Notes: generated from the letters alone by a model not told the origin. Counted from the first letter of the stretch, positions 27,503 to 36,964 are shown. The stretch is 41,710 bases of DNA from Eubacterium sp. (GCA_048365975.1 DBFOUY010000213.1:1-41710), one strand, 5' to 3'. A program made the numbers and translations.

Positions 27503-28501
27503 ATGGCAGTTAAAACAAAAACAAAAGGTAAAAAAGCGATTAAGGTGCTGGCTATAATTATTGCTGTTATTGCGGTAATTGCTGTTCTTATGACGGTGGC
27601 AGGAAAGCATAAGTCAGATCCGAATCTTGTTAAGCAGTATGATACCAAGAATCCTTATATTCTTGCCGAAACTGATATTTCTGCCCACAGAAGCGGCGGA
27701 GGTATCGCCCCTGAAGAATCAATGATGGCATTTAAAAACTGTGCCGAAAATGATGCTTTTGCCATTGATGTTTTTGAATTTGATTTACATATCACCAAGG
27801 ACGATGTTTTAGTTCTGCTGCACGATGACACCCTTGACAGAACTTCAAATGTTGAAGAGGTTTTTGGTGAAACAGATGTAAGACCTGAAACCAAAACATA
27901 TGAAGAATTAAGACAGCTTAATATCGGTGCAAAATTTGTTGACCCTGACGGGAATATGCCTTTTGCCGATATGAGCGAGCCTACAGATGATTTGAAAATT
28001 CTGAGAGTTGAGGATGTTCTTGACTACCTTAATTCAAAGGGTGATTATAAATATATTATTGAAATCAAGAACAGTGATGATTTAGGCAAAAAGGGTGTAG
28101 ATATTCTCTATAAGCTTCTTGTTGAAAAAAATCTGCTTGACCGTGTTATTTTCGGCACATTCCACGCAGAGGTCAGTGAATATGTTGACGAAAATTATCC
28201 TGATATGGCAAGAAGCACAGGTATAATGGAAGTGCTTAAATTCTGGTTTGCTGCAATCACAAACAGTAAAAGCTATGAGCCGCCTTGCAACGTGCTCCAG
28301 ATTCCTTATGGTGCACCATTCAATACCTTTGGTCTTAATACAGGAACAGCACAGGTTATCAACTATGCACACGAGCACGATATGGCAGTGCAGTACTGGA
28401 CTATAAATGATGAAGAAGATATGGAGTACTTAATCAGCATAGGTGCAGACTGCATTATGAGCGACTACCCTGATGTGCTTTATGATGTAAAGAACAAATA
28501 G
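27503..28501 (+). CDS. Glycerophosphodiester phosphodiesterase, membrane-anchored
   Basis: N-terminal TM; SAHRSGGGIAPEE, EFDLHITKD, HDDTLDRT, IEIK, WTIND, IMSDYP. Confidence 0.92.
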   Translation: MAVKTKTKGKKAIKVLAIIIAVIAVIAVLMTVAGKHKSDPNLVKQYDTKNPYILAETDISAHRSGGGIAPEESMMAFKNCAENDAFAIDVFEFDLHITKDDVLVLLHDDTLDRTSNVEEVFGETDVRPETKTYEELRQLNIGAKFVDPDGNMPFADMSEPTDDLKILRVEDVLDYLNSKGDYKYIIEIKNSDDLGKKGVDILYKLLVEKNLLDRVIFGTFHAEVSEYVDENYPDMARSTGIMEVLKFWFAAITNSKSYEPPCNVLQIPYGAPFNTFGLNTGTAQVINYAHEHDMAVQYWTINDEEDMEYLISIGADCIMSDYPDVLYDVKNK

Positions 28502-28515
28502 AAAAGAGCACACCT

Positions 28516-29091
28516 GTGAAATTGCATTATAAAGGTAAATATGATTTGAATCCTGACTCACTGCCCCACAATGAACATAAACCAAATGCTGTGGCTTTTA
28601 AAGAGGCAAAGGACACAAAAACGCTGGCGGTTATAGCAAATGTGCTGTCGCTTTTTCTGCTTGTCGTGCTGGCGATACCTGCGGTTGTAAGGGGCAGAGA
28701 ACACTTTGATTATATTCAGCTTATGGCAGGATGTGTTTTGCCTATGCTTACACTGTTCTCTCATGAACTGCTGCACGCAGTCTGCTTTAAAGAGGACGTT
28801 TATCTATATACTAACTGGAAGCAGGGGATGCTTTTTGTAGTAGGACCTGAGTCTATGTCAAAGAGCAGATTTATATTTATGTCACTTCTGCCGAATATTG
28901 TTTTCGGTTTTGTGCCATATATAATCGGTATGATATTTCCGCAGCTTACATTTTTGCTGGCATTCGGTACTATTTCAATCGGCATTGGTGCAGGCGATTA
29001 TTATAATGTTTTTAATGCAGTAACCCAGATGCCGAAAGGCGCAAAAACATATCTGTATAAATTCAATTCATTCTGGTATATGCCTGAATAA
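28516..29091 (+). CDS. DUF3267-type membrane metalloprotease-like protein
   Basis: HELLH (HEXXH) within a TM context; GAGDY motif. Confidence 0.75.
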   Translation: MKLHYKGKYDLNPDSLPHNEHKPNAVAFKEAKDTKTLAVIANVLSLFLLVVLAIPAVVRGREHFDYIQLMAGCVLPMLTLFSHELLHAVCFKEDVYLYTNWKQGMLFVVGPESMSKSRFIFMSLLPNIVFGFVPYIIGMIFPQLTFLLAFGTISIGIGAGDYYNVFNAVTQMPKGAKTYLYKFNSFWYMPE

Positions 29092-29104
29092 GTATAATGT
29101 GATA

Positions 29105-29138
29105 AAAAGACACCCGAAAATTTTTTCGGGTGTCTTTT
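29105..29138. terminator. Bidirectional terminator
   Basis: AAAAGACACCCGAAAA...TTTTCGGGTGTCTTTT. Confidence 0.8.
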
Positions 29139-29160
29139 AAATATGTGTATTACAAAGGAT

Positions 29161-29559
29161 TTAATTTAATGGTGAGGTTTCCTTCTGTTCGTTAATTCTT
29201 ACAGTTTCCTTATTGAGCTTCATAATCGGAATCATAAGCCCTGGCATACCTGTGAATGCGGTTATGGTATGCACAATCTGTCTTACAAATGGGAATAGCT
29301 GGTCGAATGAGCCTGTGTGAATTTCAGGCTTTTCATCCTCAGCACCATAGTTAAATTCTGCAACCATTTCGATTTTAATTTCAAACGGATTAAGGTCGGC
29401 GTCAGCGACTCTCAGCTCCATAATACCGATACAGGTTTTATTGTCATCAAGATAGTTGACATTATATTTAAGCTGATTTTGAAGCTTAAGCTGTGTGCCT
29501 GGTTTCACCTTGTTTTCAATTTCAAGCTTATTAACCTTGTAGCCCTTTAGTTCTATCAT
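29161..29559 (-). CDS. SecB-like chaperone family protein
   Basis: FEIKIEMVAEF...QLFPFVRQIVHTITAFTGMPGLMIP matches the SecB pattern LFPxxR...T...GxPxLxxP. Confidence 0.7.
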   Translation of the reverse strand: MIELKGYKVNKLEIENKVKPGTQLKLQNQLKYNVNYLDDNKTCIGIMELRVADADLNPFEIKIEMVAEFNYGAEDEKPEIHTGSFDQLFPFVRQIVHTITAFTGMPGLMIPIMKLNKETVRINEQKETSPLN

Positions 29560-29570
29560 ATCTGAACTCC

Positions 29571-30938
29571 TTATTTTACATTTTCAAATTTGAAATCATC
29601 AACACTCGGGTCAACAGCATGGCCGTCGAAACGAATGAGTGACAGATTTTCAACATTTTCAGCGTCGATTGCGTGCTTGTAGCTGTCACAGAGCTTACCC
29701 CAGCGTGTTTTTGTTTTTTCGATAGTAACGTTTTTAGCCCAGCGGATGAAAAATGCTGAGTTGTCAAAGCTTTCAACACCATAGTCAAGGCACGGGCGCA
29801 GGTCATAAAGACCGCACTGCCATTTGCTCGTTTTTGTCAGCTCAACACGGCAGTTTTCAAAGGTGATGTCCTCAATTATATTGTCCTCGTTGCCGTGAAT
29901 CAATACACCGTTTTCACCTTTTGTTGTAACATTGAAGAATCGGATGTTCTTTATAGTTCCGCTTTTGGTGTTTTCATCACGATTAAATGTAGTAATAACA
30001 ATCGGCTCAGCAGTGCCCCACCAGTCAGGGCAGAAACGGCGAGTTTCAATAATAATGTTCTGATAGGTGACGTTTTCTACATTTCCTCCGTCACGAATCT
30101 GGATTGAAAGACCTCTGTTTGATTTGCTGATTACGCAGTTTGAAACAATAACATTTCTGAAATCGCCCACACCCTCAGTGCCGATTTTGATAGCGGCAGA
30201 GGTTGAGATAAGAGTACATCCGTCAATAACTATGTTTTCACAAGGTCCGTATTCACTGTTGCCCTTTGATGCCTTAAGGCAAATACAGTCGTCTGCACAG
30301 GTAACGTGACAGCCGAGTATCCTTACATTTGAGCAGTGGTCAGGGTCAATGCCGTCACTGTTTGCTACATCAAGATCGTTGAGTATTCTGATTTTATCAA
30401 TAAGCACATCATCACAGCCTGCCGGGTGCAGTGTCCAGAATGGTGCGTCAATAACAGTGAAATCCTTGAATGTAATATGGTTGCTCTTTTCAACATACAT
30501 TACTGTTGGTCGTGGATAAAAATCACCTGTTACGTAATACTGGTCCTTTCTTGCAACAAAAGCGTGACCGTTGGCATCAATAGTGCCCTCGCCGCTGATT
30601 GTGCAGTGGTCAGCCTCATATGCATAAATGAATACAAAGCTCGGCTTGCCTGTGACAGGGTTGCCGATTAATGCGGTTTTGGGATCGTTAATCAGCTTGT
30701 TTGGTCTGATATATCCGTCAATGTTGCTTGTTGCCTTTATAGTTGCACCCTTCTGAATGTGAAGGTCAACATTAGTCCTCAGTCTGATTGAGTCGCTGTA
30801 AAATACACGTCCGCTTGGAAGCACTACCTGACCTCCGCCGTTTTTGCAGCAGTCGTCAATTGCGTGCTGAATTGCAAAGGCGTCGTTTGTTTTGCCGTCG
30901 CCCTTTGCTCCGTATTGCATAACATTATAAATTTTCAT
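29571..30938 (-). CDS. Glycoside hydrolase family 28 (polygalacturonase-like), no signal peptide
   Basis: YGAKGDG, NSDGIDPD, ADDCICLK, IKIGTE; ATG 30938 after AGAGG. Confidence 0.92.
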   Translation of the reverse strand: MKIYNVMQYGAKGDGKTNDAFAIQHAIDDCCKNGGGQVVLPSGRVFYSDSIRLRTNVDLHIQKGATIKATSNIDGYIRPNKLINDPKTALIGNPVTGKPSFVFIYAYEADHCTISGEGTIDANGHAFVARKDQYYVTGDFYPRPTVMYVEKSNHITFKDFTVIDAPFWTLHPAGCDDVLIDKIRILNDLDVANSDGIDPDHCSNVRILGCHVTCADDCICLKASKGNSEYGPCENIVIDGCTLISTSAAIKIGTEGVGDFRNVIVSNCVISKSNRGLSIQIRDGGNVENVTYQNIIIETRRFCPDWWGTAEPIVITTFNRDENTKSGTIKNIRFFNVTTKGENGVLIHGNEDNIIEDITFENCRVELTKTSKWQCGLYDLRPCLDYGVESFDNSAFFIRWAKNVTIEKTKTRWGKLCDSYKHAIDAENVENLSLIRFDGHAVDPSVDDFKFENVK

Positions 30939-31048
30939 ATATAAATCCTCTGAAAATAATTTTATTGTATCTATCATATCATAAAAAAATATTCAATACA
31001 ACATCAATAATAACTAAAATTTTATGCTTTTATATGTTAATAATTTAA

Positions 31049-31077
31049 TTGACAATATTTGCACTCTATAATATAAT
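31049..31077 (+). promoter_or_regulatory. Consensus sigma-A promoter of purA
   Basis: TTGACA (31049-31054), 17 nt spacer, TATAAT (31072-31077). Confidence 0.85.
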
Positions 31078-31083
31078 TAACTA

Positions 31084-31283
31084 TGGACTGCTAAGTCCTA
31101 TTACAAACAAATTAGGAGAATTAGTGTGATTCACACACTAATTCGATTTTGTTGCCCTCAAAATTTGCCTGTGGCATAATTTTGAGATGGCTGAATTTCC
31201 ATTATACGCCTTGTCCGGCTACAACAATGCGTATATGTAATTTTAATTTATTATTTGTAGCCAGAAAGGCTATGGAAATTAGT
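31084..31283 (+). promoter_or_regulatory. Long structured 5' leader of purA (candidate cis-regulatory RNA)
   Basis: Four local hairpins plus alternative long-range pairings around the RBS. Confidence 0.55.
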
Positions 31284-32564
31284 ATGGTTAGAGCTATTGT
31301 AGGCGCAAACTGGGGCGATGAAGGCAAGGGCAAAATCACTGATATGTTTGCCGGTCAGAGTGACATTGTTGTAAGATTTCAGGGTGGTGCTAATGCGGGG
31401 CACACCATTATCAATGAGCACGGACGCTTTGCTTTTCATTTAATGCCGTCAGGTGTGTGTTATGACCACACTACCTGTATTATAGGAAATGGTGTTGCAC
31501 TTGACATCAACAAATTTCTCAACGAGCTTGAGGATGTTAAAAAGGCAGGACTTAATCCTAATCTTCTTGTCAGTGAAAGAGCACAGATTCTTATGCCTTA
31601 TCACATTCTGCAGGATGTTTATGAGGAGGAAAGACTCGGCAAAAATGCATTCGGCTCAACAAAGTCAGGCATTGCACCTTTCTTCAGTGACAAGTATGCA
31701 AAAATCGGCATTCAGGTCAATGAGCTGTTTGACGATGAAACATTAAAAGCAAAAATCAATAATATCTGCACATTAAAAAATCTAACCTTTAAGTATGTAT
31801 ATAACAAGCCTCTGCTTGATGAAGAGGAGCTTTATAATACCTGTGTTGAATACAGGGAAAAGATTGCACCTTATGTGTGCGATACTCATACTTACCTTGC
31901 AAATGCACTCAAAGAAGGCAAAAATATTCTTCTTGAGGGTCAGCTCGGTACACTTAAGGACCCTGATTTCGGTATTTATCCTATGGTTACATCATCATCA
32001 ACTCTTGCAGGCTATGGTGCAGTAGGTGCAGGACTTCCGCCTCACAGCATTGAGGATATTGTTGTTGTAACGAAGGCTTATTCATCAGCAGTTGGTGCAG
32101 GTGAATTTGTAAGTGAAATTCTTGATGAGGATGAAGCACAGGAGCTTCGTATTCACGGCGGTGATAAGGGTGAGTTCGGTGCAACAACAGGCAGACCTCG
32201 CCGTGTGGGCTGGTTTGACTGTGTGGCTACACGCTATGGTGTTGAGTGCCAGGGAGCAACTCAGGTTGTAATGACCGCACTTGACTGCCTTTCATATCTT
32301 GAAGAAATCAAGATTTGTGTCGGCTATGAGGTTGACGGTGAAATTATTAAGGATTTCCCAACAACTCCTACTCTTAAAAAGTGCAAGCCTGTTCTTAAAA
32401 CAATGAAGGGCTGGCACTGCGATATAAGAGGTATTCGTGACTACAACGAGCTTCCGCAGGAAACAAGGGACTATGTTGAATTTATTGAGGGTGAGCTTGG
32501 CTATCCTATTACAATGGTTTCAAATGGACCTGAAAGAGAAGCTATTATTTACAAAAACAAATAA
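31284..32564 (+). CDS. purA: Adenylosuccinate synthetase
   Basis: GANWGDEGKGK, RFQGGANAGHT, EFGATTGRPRRVGWFD. Confidence 0.98.
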   Translation: MVRAIVGANWGDEGKGKITDMFAGQSDIVVRFQGGANAGHTIINEHGRFAFHLMPSGVCYDHTTCIIGNGVALDINKFLNELEDVKKAGLNPNLLVSERAQILMPYHILQDVYEEERLGKNAFGSTKSGIAPFFSDKYAKIGIQVNELFDDETLKAKINNICTLKNLTFKYVYNKPLLDEEELYNTCVEYREKIAPYVCDTHTYLANALKEGKNILLEGQLGTLKDPDFGIYPMVTSSSTLAGYGAVGAGLPPHSIEDIVVVTKAYSSAVGAGEFVSEILDEDEAQELRIHGGDKGEFGATTGRPRRVGWFDCVATRYGVECQGATQVVMTALDCLSYLEEIKICVGYEVDGEIIKDFPTTPTLKKCKPVLKTMKGWHCDIRGIRDYNELPQETRDYVEFIEGELGYPITMVSNGPEREAIIYKNK

Positions 32565-32574
32565 AATAAAGAAC

Positions 32575-32604
32575 AAAACCGCTGTCCTCGGACAGCGGTT
32601 TTTT
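32575..32604. terminator. Terminator after purA
   Basis: AAAACCGCTGTC-ctcg-GACAGCGGTTTTTT. Confidence 0.85.
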
Positions 32605-32617
32605 GTGTGTTGGAGTT

Positions 32618-33466
32618 TTATATTTTTATAAATTTCTTCACTCTGTCAATATTGTATTTCCCTTGGTAGTAGCCGAGGTTATAAATGTCCCTTTGCTGAT
32701 CCTGAGTTACATTCAGTGTTCCGCAGTGGAGTGGTTCTTCAGGGCAGATAACAAGTGCCCTGCCCAGCCTTTGCTGTTCAAACACATACTCCCTTTGTGC
32801 ATTGTACATATTGTGGCGGTTGAGTATTGCTTCTGCCACAAGCGGATATTTTTTCATTACCTTTTTTATTGCAGTTGAATGACCCATTGGCTGTTTTACA
32901 TAGTTTTTATCCTGGGTAAGAATAACTACACATTTTTCACAGCCATCCTCAAAGGCTCTTTTGAGCGGAATTGAGTCGGTAACACCGCCATCACAATAGA
33001 AGTCCTTGCCGATTTGCACAGGCTTTGAAGCAAGAGGGAGAGCACAGCTTGCTTTTAATTCTTCACAGCCGTTGCGAAAATCAGTAGGGTAGAAATATTC
33101 AGGCTTGCCTGTCAGTGCATTTGTAGCAACTGCACACATTGTTGCATTAGAGTTTTCATATGCTTCATAGTCAAGGGGATAAATGTCATAGGTGAGTTCA
33201 CCGAATATCCAGTTCATATTAATATATTCACCATTTTTAAACATTGAATTAATGCTCATATAGCGTTTGTCACCTGAATATTTAATATATATATCCTTCA
33301 TTCTGTGAAGGTTTTTGCCTAAATAAGACACACCATTACAGCATCCTGCCGACACACCTATTACATATGGGAATTCAATGCCATTTTCCATAAAGGCATC
33401 AAGGACACCGCTTGTATAAATTGCACGTATTCCGCCGCCCTCTAACACTAATCCTGTTTTATACAT
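32618..33466 (-). CDS. Patatin-like phospholipase
   Basis: LEGGGIRA, GVSAG nucleophile elbow, DGG. Confidence 0.92.
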   Translation of the reverse strand: MYKTGLVLEGGGIRAIYTSGVLDAFMENGIEFPYVIGVSAGCCNGVSYLGKNLHRMKDIYIKYSGDKRYMSINSMFKNGEYINMNWIFGELTYDIYPLDYEAYENSNATMCAVATNALTGKPEYFYPTDFRNGCEELKASCALPLASKPVQIGKDFYCDGGVTDSIPLKRAFEDGCEKCVVILTQDKNYVKQPMGHSTAIKKVMKKYPLVAEAILNRHNMYNAQREYVFEQQRLGRALVICPEEPLHCGTLNVTQDQQRDIYNLGYYQGKYNIDRVKKFIKI

Positions 33467-33521
33467 AATATCACCACCATATTTTAATATTATAAACAAA
33501 ACTTTTTATTTTTATATATGA

Positions 33522-33701
33522 TTAATTTTGTTTTCTGACAATATCATATTCACTGCCATCAGGACGAAAATATCGGCAGGTTTTATTTTTATCCTGCATT
33601 AGACGAACATATTCATCCTCGTCAAGAATAAGCGAGCAAAAGGACTCGTCAGTTTCTTCATCGTATTCGTTATACCAGCATTTTTCACACAGATTGTCCA
33701 T
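33522..33701 (-). CDS. Small acidic Cys-rich protein (59 aa, DUF6472-like)
   Basis: Manual translation MDNLCEKCWYNEYDEETDESFCSLILDEDEYVRLMQDKNKTCRYFRPDGSEYDIVRKQN; AGGTGA RBS; below the ORF-track cutoff. Confidence 0.8.
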   Translation of the reverse strand: MDNLCEKCWYNEYDEETDESFCSLILDEDEYVRLMQDKNKTCRYFRPDGSEYDIVRKQN

Positions 33702-33724
33702 TTTCTCACCTGCTTTAAATTATT

Positions 33725-33752
33725 CTACCCACTACGATGACGTAGTGGGTAG
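33725..33752 (-). terminator. Hairpin after purH
   Basis: CTACCCACTACG-atga-CGTAGTGGGTAG. Confidence 0.65.
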
Positions 33753-33758
33753 TGATTT

Positions 33759-34934
33759 TTAGTGATGGAACAGGCGAATACCTGTCATTGCCATTGCCAT
33801 ACCAAAGCTGTCACAGCATTCAATAACTGCCTGATCTCTTACTGAACCGCCCGGCTGAGCTATATACTTAACACCTGAACGTGCTGCACGCTCAATGTTG
33901 TCTTCAAACGGGAAGAAGGCATCTGAGCCAAGGGCAACATCTGTCATCTTTTCATGCCAAGCCTTTTTCTCCTCAGCAGTGAATGGTGCAGGGCATTCTG
34001 TGAAATATCTCTGCCATACTCCGTCTTTGAGTAAATCCTCATATTCATTGCTGATGTAAAGGTCGATTGCATTGTCAGCATCGCATTTTCTTATGCCGTC
34101 GATAAACGGAAGATTAAGCACCTTCTCATTCCTTCTGAGCCAGAGCATATCTGCCTTGTTTCCTGCCATACGTGTGCAGAGGATACGGCTCTGCTGACCT
34201 GCGCCGACACCGAGTGTCTGACCGCCTTGTGCATAAACAACAGAATTTGACTGAGTGTATTTTAATGTAATCATTGAAATGAGCAAGTCAATCTTTGCAA
34301 TTTCAGGAATATCCTTAACCTTTGTAGGCATATCGTTGAATAAATCCATAGTGATTTTTGCATTGTTGCGCTTCTGCTCAAATTTAATTCCGAATACCTG
34401 CTTTGTTTCCATTTCTTCAGGAGCATAGTCAGGGTCAATCTGAATTACAAGGAAATTGCCTCTTCTTTTTGCCTTGAGGATTTCAAGTGCCTCATCAGTA
34501 TAGCCCGGTGCGATGATACCGTCGCTTACCTCTTTCTGAAGGAATTTTGCAACTGATGCATCACATATGTCTGAAAGAGCAGCAAAATCACCGAAGGATG
34601 ACTGTCTGTCACAGCTTCTTGCTCTTACATATGCCTCGCAGATAGGTGAAAGCTCTAAGTCCTCAGGGACCATACAAACCTTTCTGTCAATGTCGCTTAA
34701 TGGCTGAGCAACAGCAGCACCGGCAGGTGAAACGTGCTTGAAGGATGCAGCACTCGGAAGACCTGTTGCCTCCTTAAGCTCCTTTACAAGCTGCCATGAG
34801 TTGAATGCATCAAGCAGATTGATATAACCGGCAGCGCCGTTTAAAATAGTGAATGGCAGCTCTTTGCCATCCATATGTATTCTTGCAGGATTTTGGTTTG
34901 GGTTACAACCATATTTTAATTTATATTCTGTCAT
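33759..34934 (-). CDS. purH: AICAR formyltransferase (short PurH form lacking the IMP cyclohydrolase domain)
   Basis: LKYGCNPNQ at the N-terminus, SFKHVSPAG, GAGQQSRI, GSDAFFPF, QPGGSVRD, RLFHH. Confidence 0.92.
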   Translation of the reverse strand: MTEYKLKYGCNPNQNPARIHMDGKELPFTILNGAAGYINLLDAFNSWQLVKELKEATGLPSAASFKHVSPAGAAVAQPLSDIDRKVCMVPEDLELSPICEAYVRARSCDRQSSFGDFAALSDICDASVAKFLQKEVSDGIIAPGYTDEALEILKAKRRGNFLVIQIDPDYAPEEMETKQVFGIKFEQKRNNAKITMDLFNDMPTKVKDIPEIAKIDLLISMITLKYTQSNSVVYAQGGQTLGVGAGQQSRILCTRMAGNKADMLWLRRNEKVLNLPFIDGIRKCDADNAIDLYISNEYEDLLKDGVWQRYFTECPAPFTAEEKKAWHEKMTDVALGSDAFFPFEDNIERAARSGVKYIAQPGGSVRDQAVIECCDSFGMAMAMTGIRLFHH

Positions 34935-35031
34935 AACTTGCTCCTTTCAACTGTTAAATAATAAAAATAGATAAGAGTATTTTATACTATTAGATTGAAA
35001 AATGCAAGTGTAAATGCTACAATATGTAATT

Positions 35032-35850
35032 ATGAATGGAATTTTGTTGGTAAATCATTTTTTGAATAGTGAAAAATTTAATGAGCTGCACAGCCATTTA
35101 GTCAAAAGTGCCAAAAAACAAAATATTAATTTGTCGGTAAAGACTAATCTTGAGCTTGCAACAGATAAAGTTAATACTGATTTTGTGCTTTTGTGGGATA
35201 AGGATATTAACCTTGCACGCAGGCTTGAAAAAAGCGGTGTGCCTGTTTTCAATTCCTCATCAGCTGTTGCAATGTGTGACGATAAGGCAAGAACATATAT
35301 TGAACTGTCAGGTGTTGTTCCGCAGCCTGAAACACTCATTGCACCAAAAACCTATTTTAATGCTGATATGAGCGATTTTGTTGATACTGCTGTTAAACGT
35401 CTGGGTTTGCCCCTTGTATTCAAGGAGTGCTTCGGCTCATTTGGTGAGCAGGTGTATCTGTGCAAAACTCGTGATGAAATAATGAGCCATATCAGCGTAA
35501 AGCCTTTTGTTTTGCAGAAATTTATTTCAGATAGCTCGGGCAGTGATACACGTATTGAAATTGTGGGCGGCAAATTTGTCAGTGCAGTTAAAAGAAATAA
35601 TTCTGATGACTTTCGTTCAAATGTTACTAATGGCGGCATAATGACCGCTGTTACACCTGATAGTAATATGATAGAAACAGCAGTCAGAGCCTGTGACGTG
35701 TTGGGTCTTACTTTTGGCGGAGTTGATATTCTTGATAACGGAATGGTGTGCGAGGTTAATTCAAATGCACATATTATCAATATAATGAAAGCAACAGGAA
35801 TAGATATTGCTCCTGTAATTTTTAATGAAATTATGGAGCAGTTAAAATGA
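35032..35850 (+). CDS. RimK-family ATP-grasp amino-acid ligase 1
   Basis: CDDKART, GSFGEQV, DFRSNVTNGG, GVDIL...CEVNSN. Confidence 0.88.
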   Translation: MNGILLVNHFLNSEKFNELHSHLVKSAKKQNINLSVKTNLELATDKVNTDFVLLWDKDINLARRLEKSGVPVFNSSSAVAMCDDKARTYIELSGVVPQPETLIAPKTYFNADMSDFVDTAVKRLGLPLVFKECFGSFGEQVYLCKTRDEIMSHISVKPFVLQKFISDSSGSDTRIEIVGGKFVSAVKRNNSDDFRSNVTNGGIMTAVTPDSNMIETAVRACDVLGLTFGGVDILDNGMVCEVNSNAHIINIMKATGIDIAPVIFNEIMEQLK

Positions 35851-36584
35851 GCGGTATTTTAATTTATACTAAAGAGGAAGCGGAGAGAAACCGCTTTGCC
35901 GTAAATAAATTCAAAGAAAAGCTTGATGTAGTGCTCGTTGACGAAGGCTATAAGGGCAGTGCCGACTTTGTTATTAACAGAACTAATGATTATAAGGCGG
36001 CTGAGTATTTTGAGCAAAGGGGTATCAGGGTGTTTAATCCCTCGTCACTGTCAAGGCTTGCAAACGACAAACAGCTTTGCTATGAATTTATGGCAGAAAA
36101 CGGTATTGAAATTATGCCTGTTAATTATAAAGGTGTTCCTGTTGTTAAAAAGAAAATTGATGGTCACGGCGGTACTGAGGTTGAAATGCTCACAACTGCC
36201 GAAGAATTTCAAAAGGGCTATGTTTATCAGAAGCCCTGTGATACTCTTGGCAAAGATTTGCGAGTGTGGGTGCTTGGCGGTGAAATTATTACCGCAATAC
36301 TGCGTGAAAGCAAGACGGATTTTCGCTCAAATTTCTGCCTTGGCGGAATGGCGACACCTTATAAACTGAGTAGCGATGAAAAAAAGCTTGTAAAAAAAAT
36401 AACCGCTCTTGTAAAAAGCGATTATATAGGAATTGATTTTATTTTTAACGGCGGAAGGCTTGTTTTTAACGAAATCGAGGACACTGTGGGCGCAAGAATG
36501 GTTTATGACAAAACAGATATTGATATTATTTCACTTTATTGTGACTATATAAAAGAAGAGTTGAAAAATGAAAAAAGTAATTGA
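35847..36584 (+). CDS. RimK-family ATP-grasp amino-acid ligase 2
   Basis: ANDKQLC, GHGG, DLRVWV, DFRSNFCLGG, GIDF...FNEIED; ATGA overlap with ligase 1. Confidence 0.85.
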   Translation: MSGILIYTKEEAERNRFAVNKFKEKLDVVLVDEGYKGSADFVINRTNDYKAAEYFEQRGIRVFNPSSLSRLANDKQLCYEFMAENGIEIMPVNYKGVPVVKKKIDGHGGTEVEMLTTAEEFQKGYVYQKPCDTLGKDLRVWVLGGEIITAILRESKTDFRSNFCLGGMATPYKLSSDEKKLVKKITALVKSDYIGIDFIFNGGRLVFNEIEDTVGARMVYDKTDIDIISLYCDYIKEELKNEKSN

Positions 36585-36963
36585 AACTGCCGATACCGAA
36601 ACGCTTTTTGAAAAGCTGACGGATGATCCGCTTTTCAGCACCGAAAAATCAACGTCAGGGCTGAATTTAAGGTATAATGCGGTATTCACTGTTATCGGTA
36701 ATCCTAAAATAAATTTAATAAAACTGTCTGACACAGAGGTGAGAGTTGATATTCTGCCTAATGTGCTTATGCTTTTGCTGGCAGCAGCAATAACACTTTT
36801 TTTCTGGGTGATTGCAATTCTGGGCATTTTAAAAGATGGCTTTCCCATAGGCGGAATAATCACCGCCTTTATTGCACCTGTGTTTATGTGGGTGCTGGAA
36901 TATGTTTTCACCTCAAAAATATCTGAAATGATTATTGAAGAAATAGAAAAACGCAATAATTAA
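36568..36963 (+). CDS. Hypothetical membrane protein (two C-terminal TM segments)
   Basis: Overlaps the upstream gene; hydrophobic segments. Confidence 0.7.
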   Translation: MKKVIETADTETLFEKLTDDPLFSTEKSTSGLNLRYNAVFTVIGNPKINLIKLSDTEVRVDILPNVLMLLLAAAITLFFWVIAILGILKDGFPIGGIITAFIAPVFMWVLEYVFTSKISEMIIEEIEKRNN

Positions 36964-36964
36964 A

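Noticed and set aside
31149..31283. N-terminal extension of PurA
   Set aside because: PurA homology starts at MVRAIVGANWGDEGKG; the upstream region is better explained as a structured leader
33522..36584. The small Cys-rich protein as a LysW-type carrier for the RimK-like ligases
   Set aside because: It lacks the C-terminal EDWGE-type acceptor and lies in a divergent unit beyond purH
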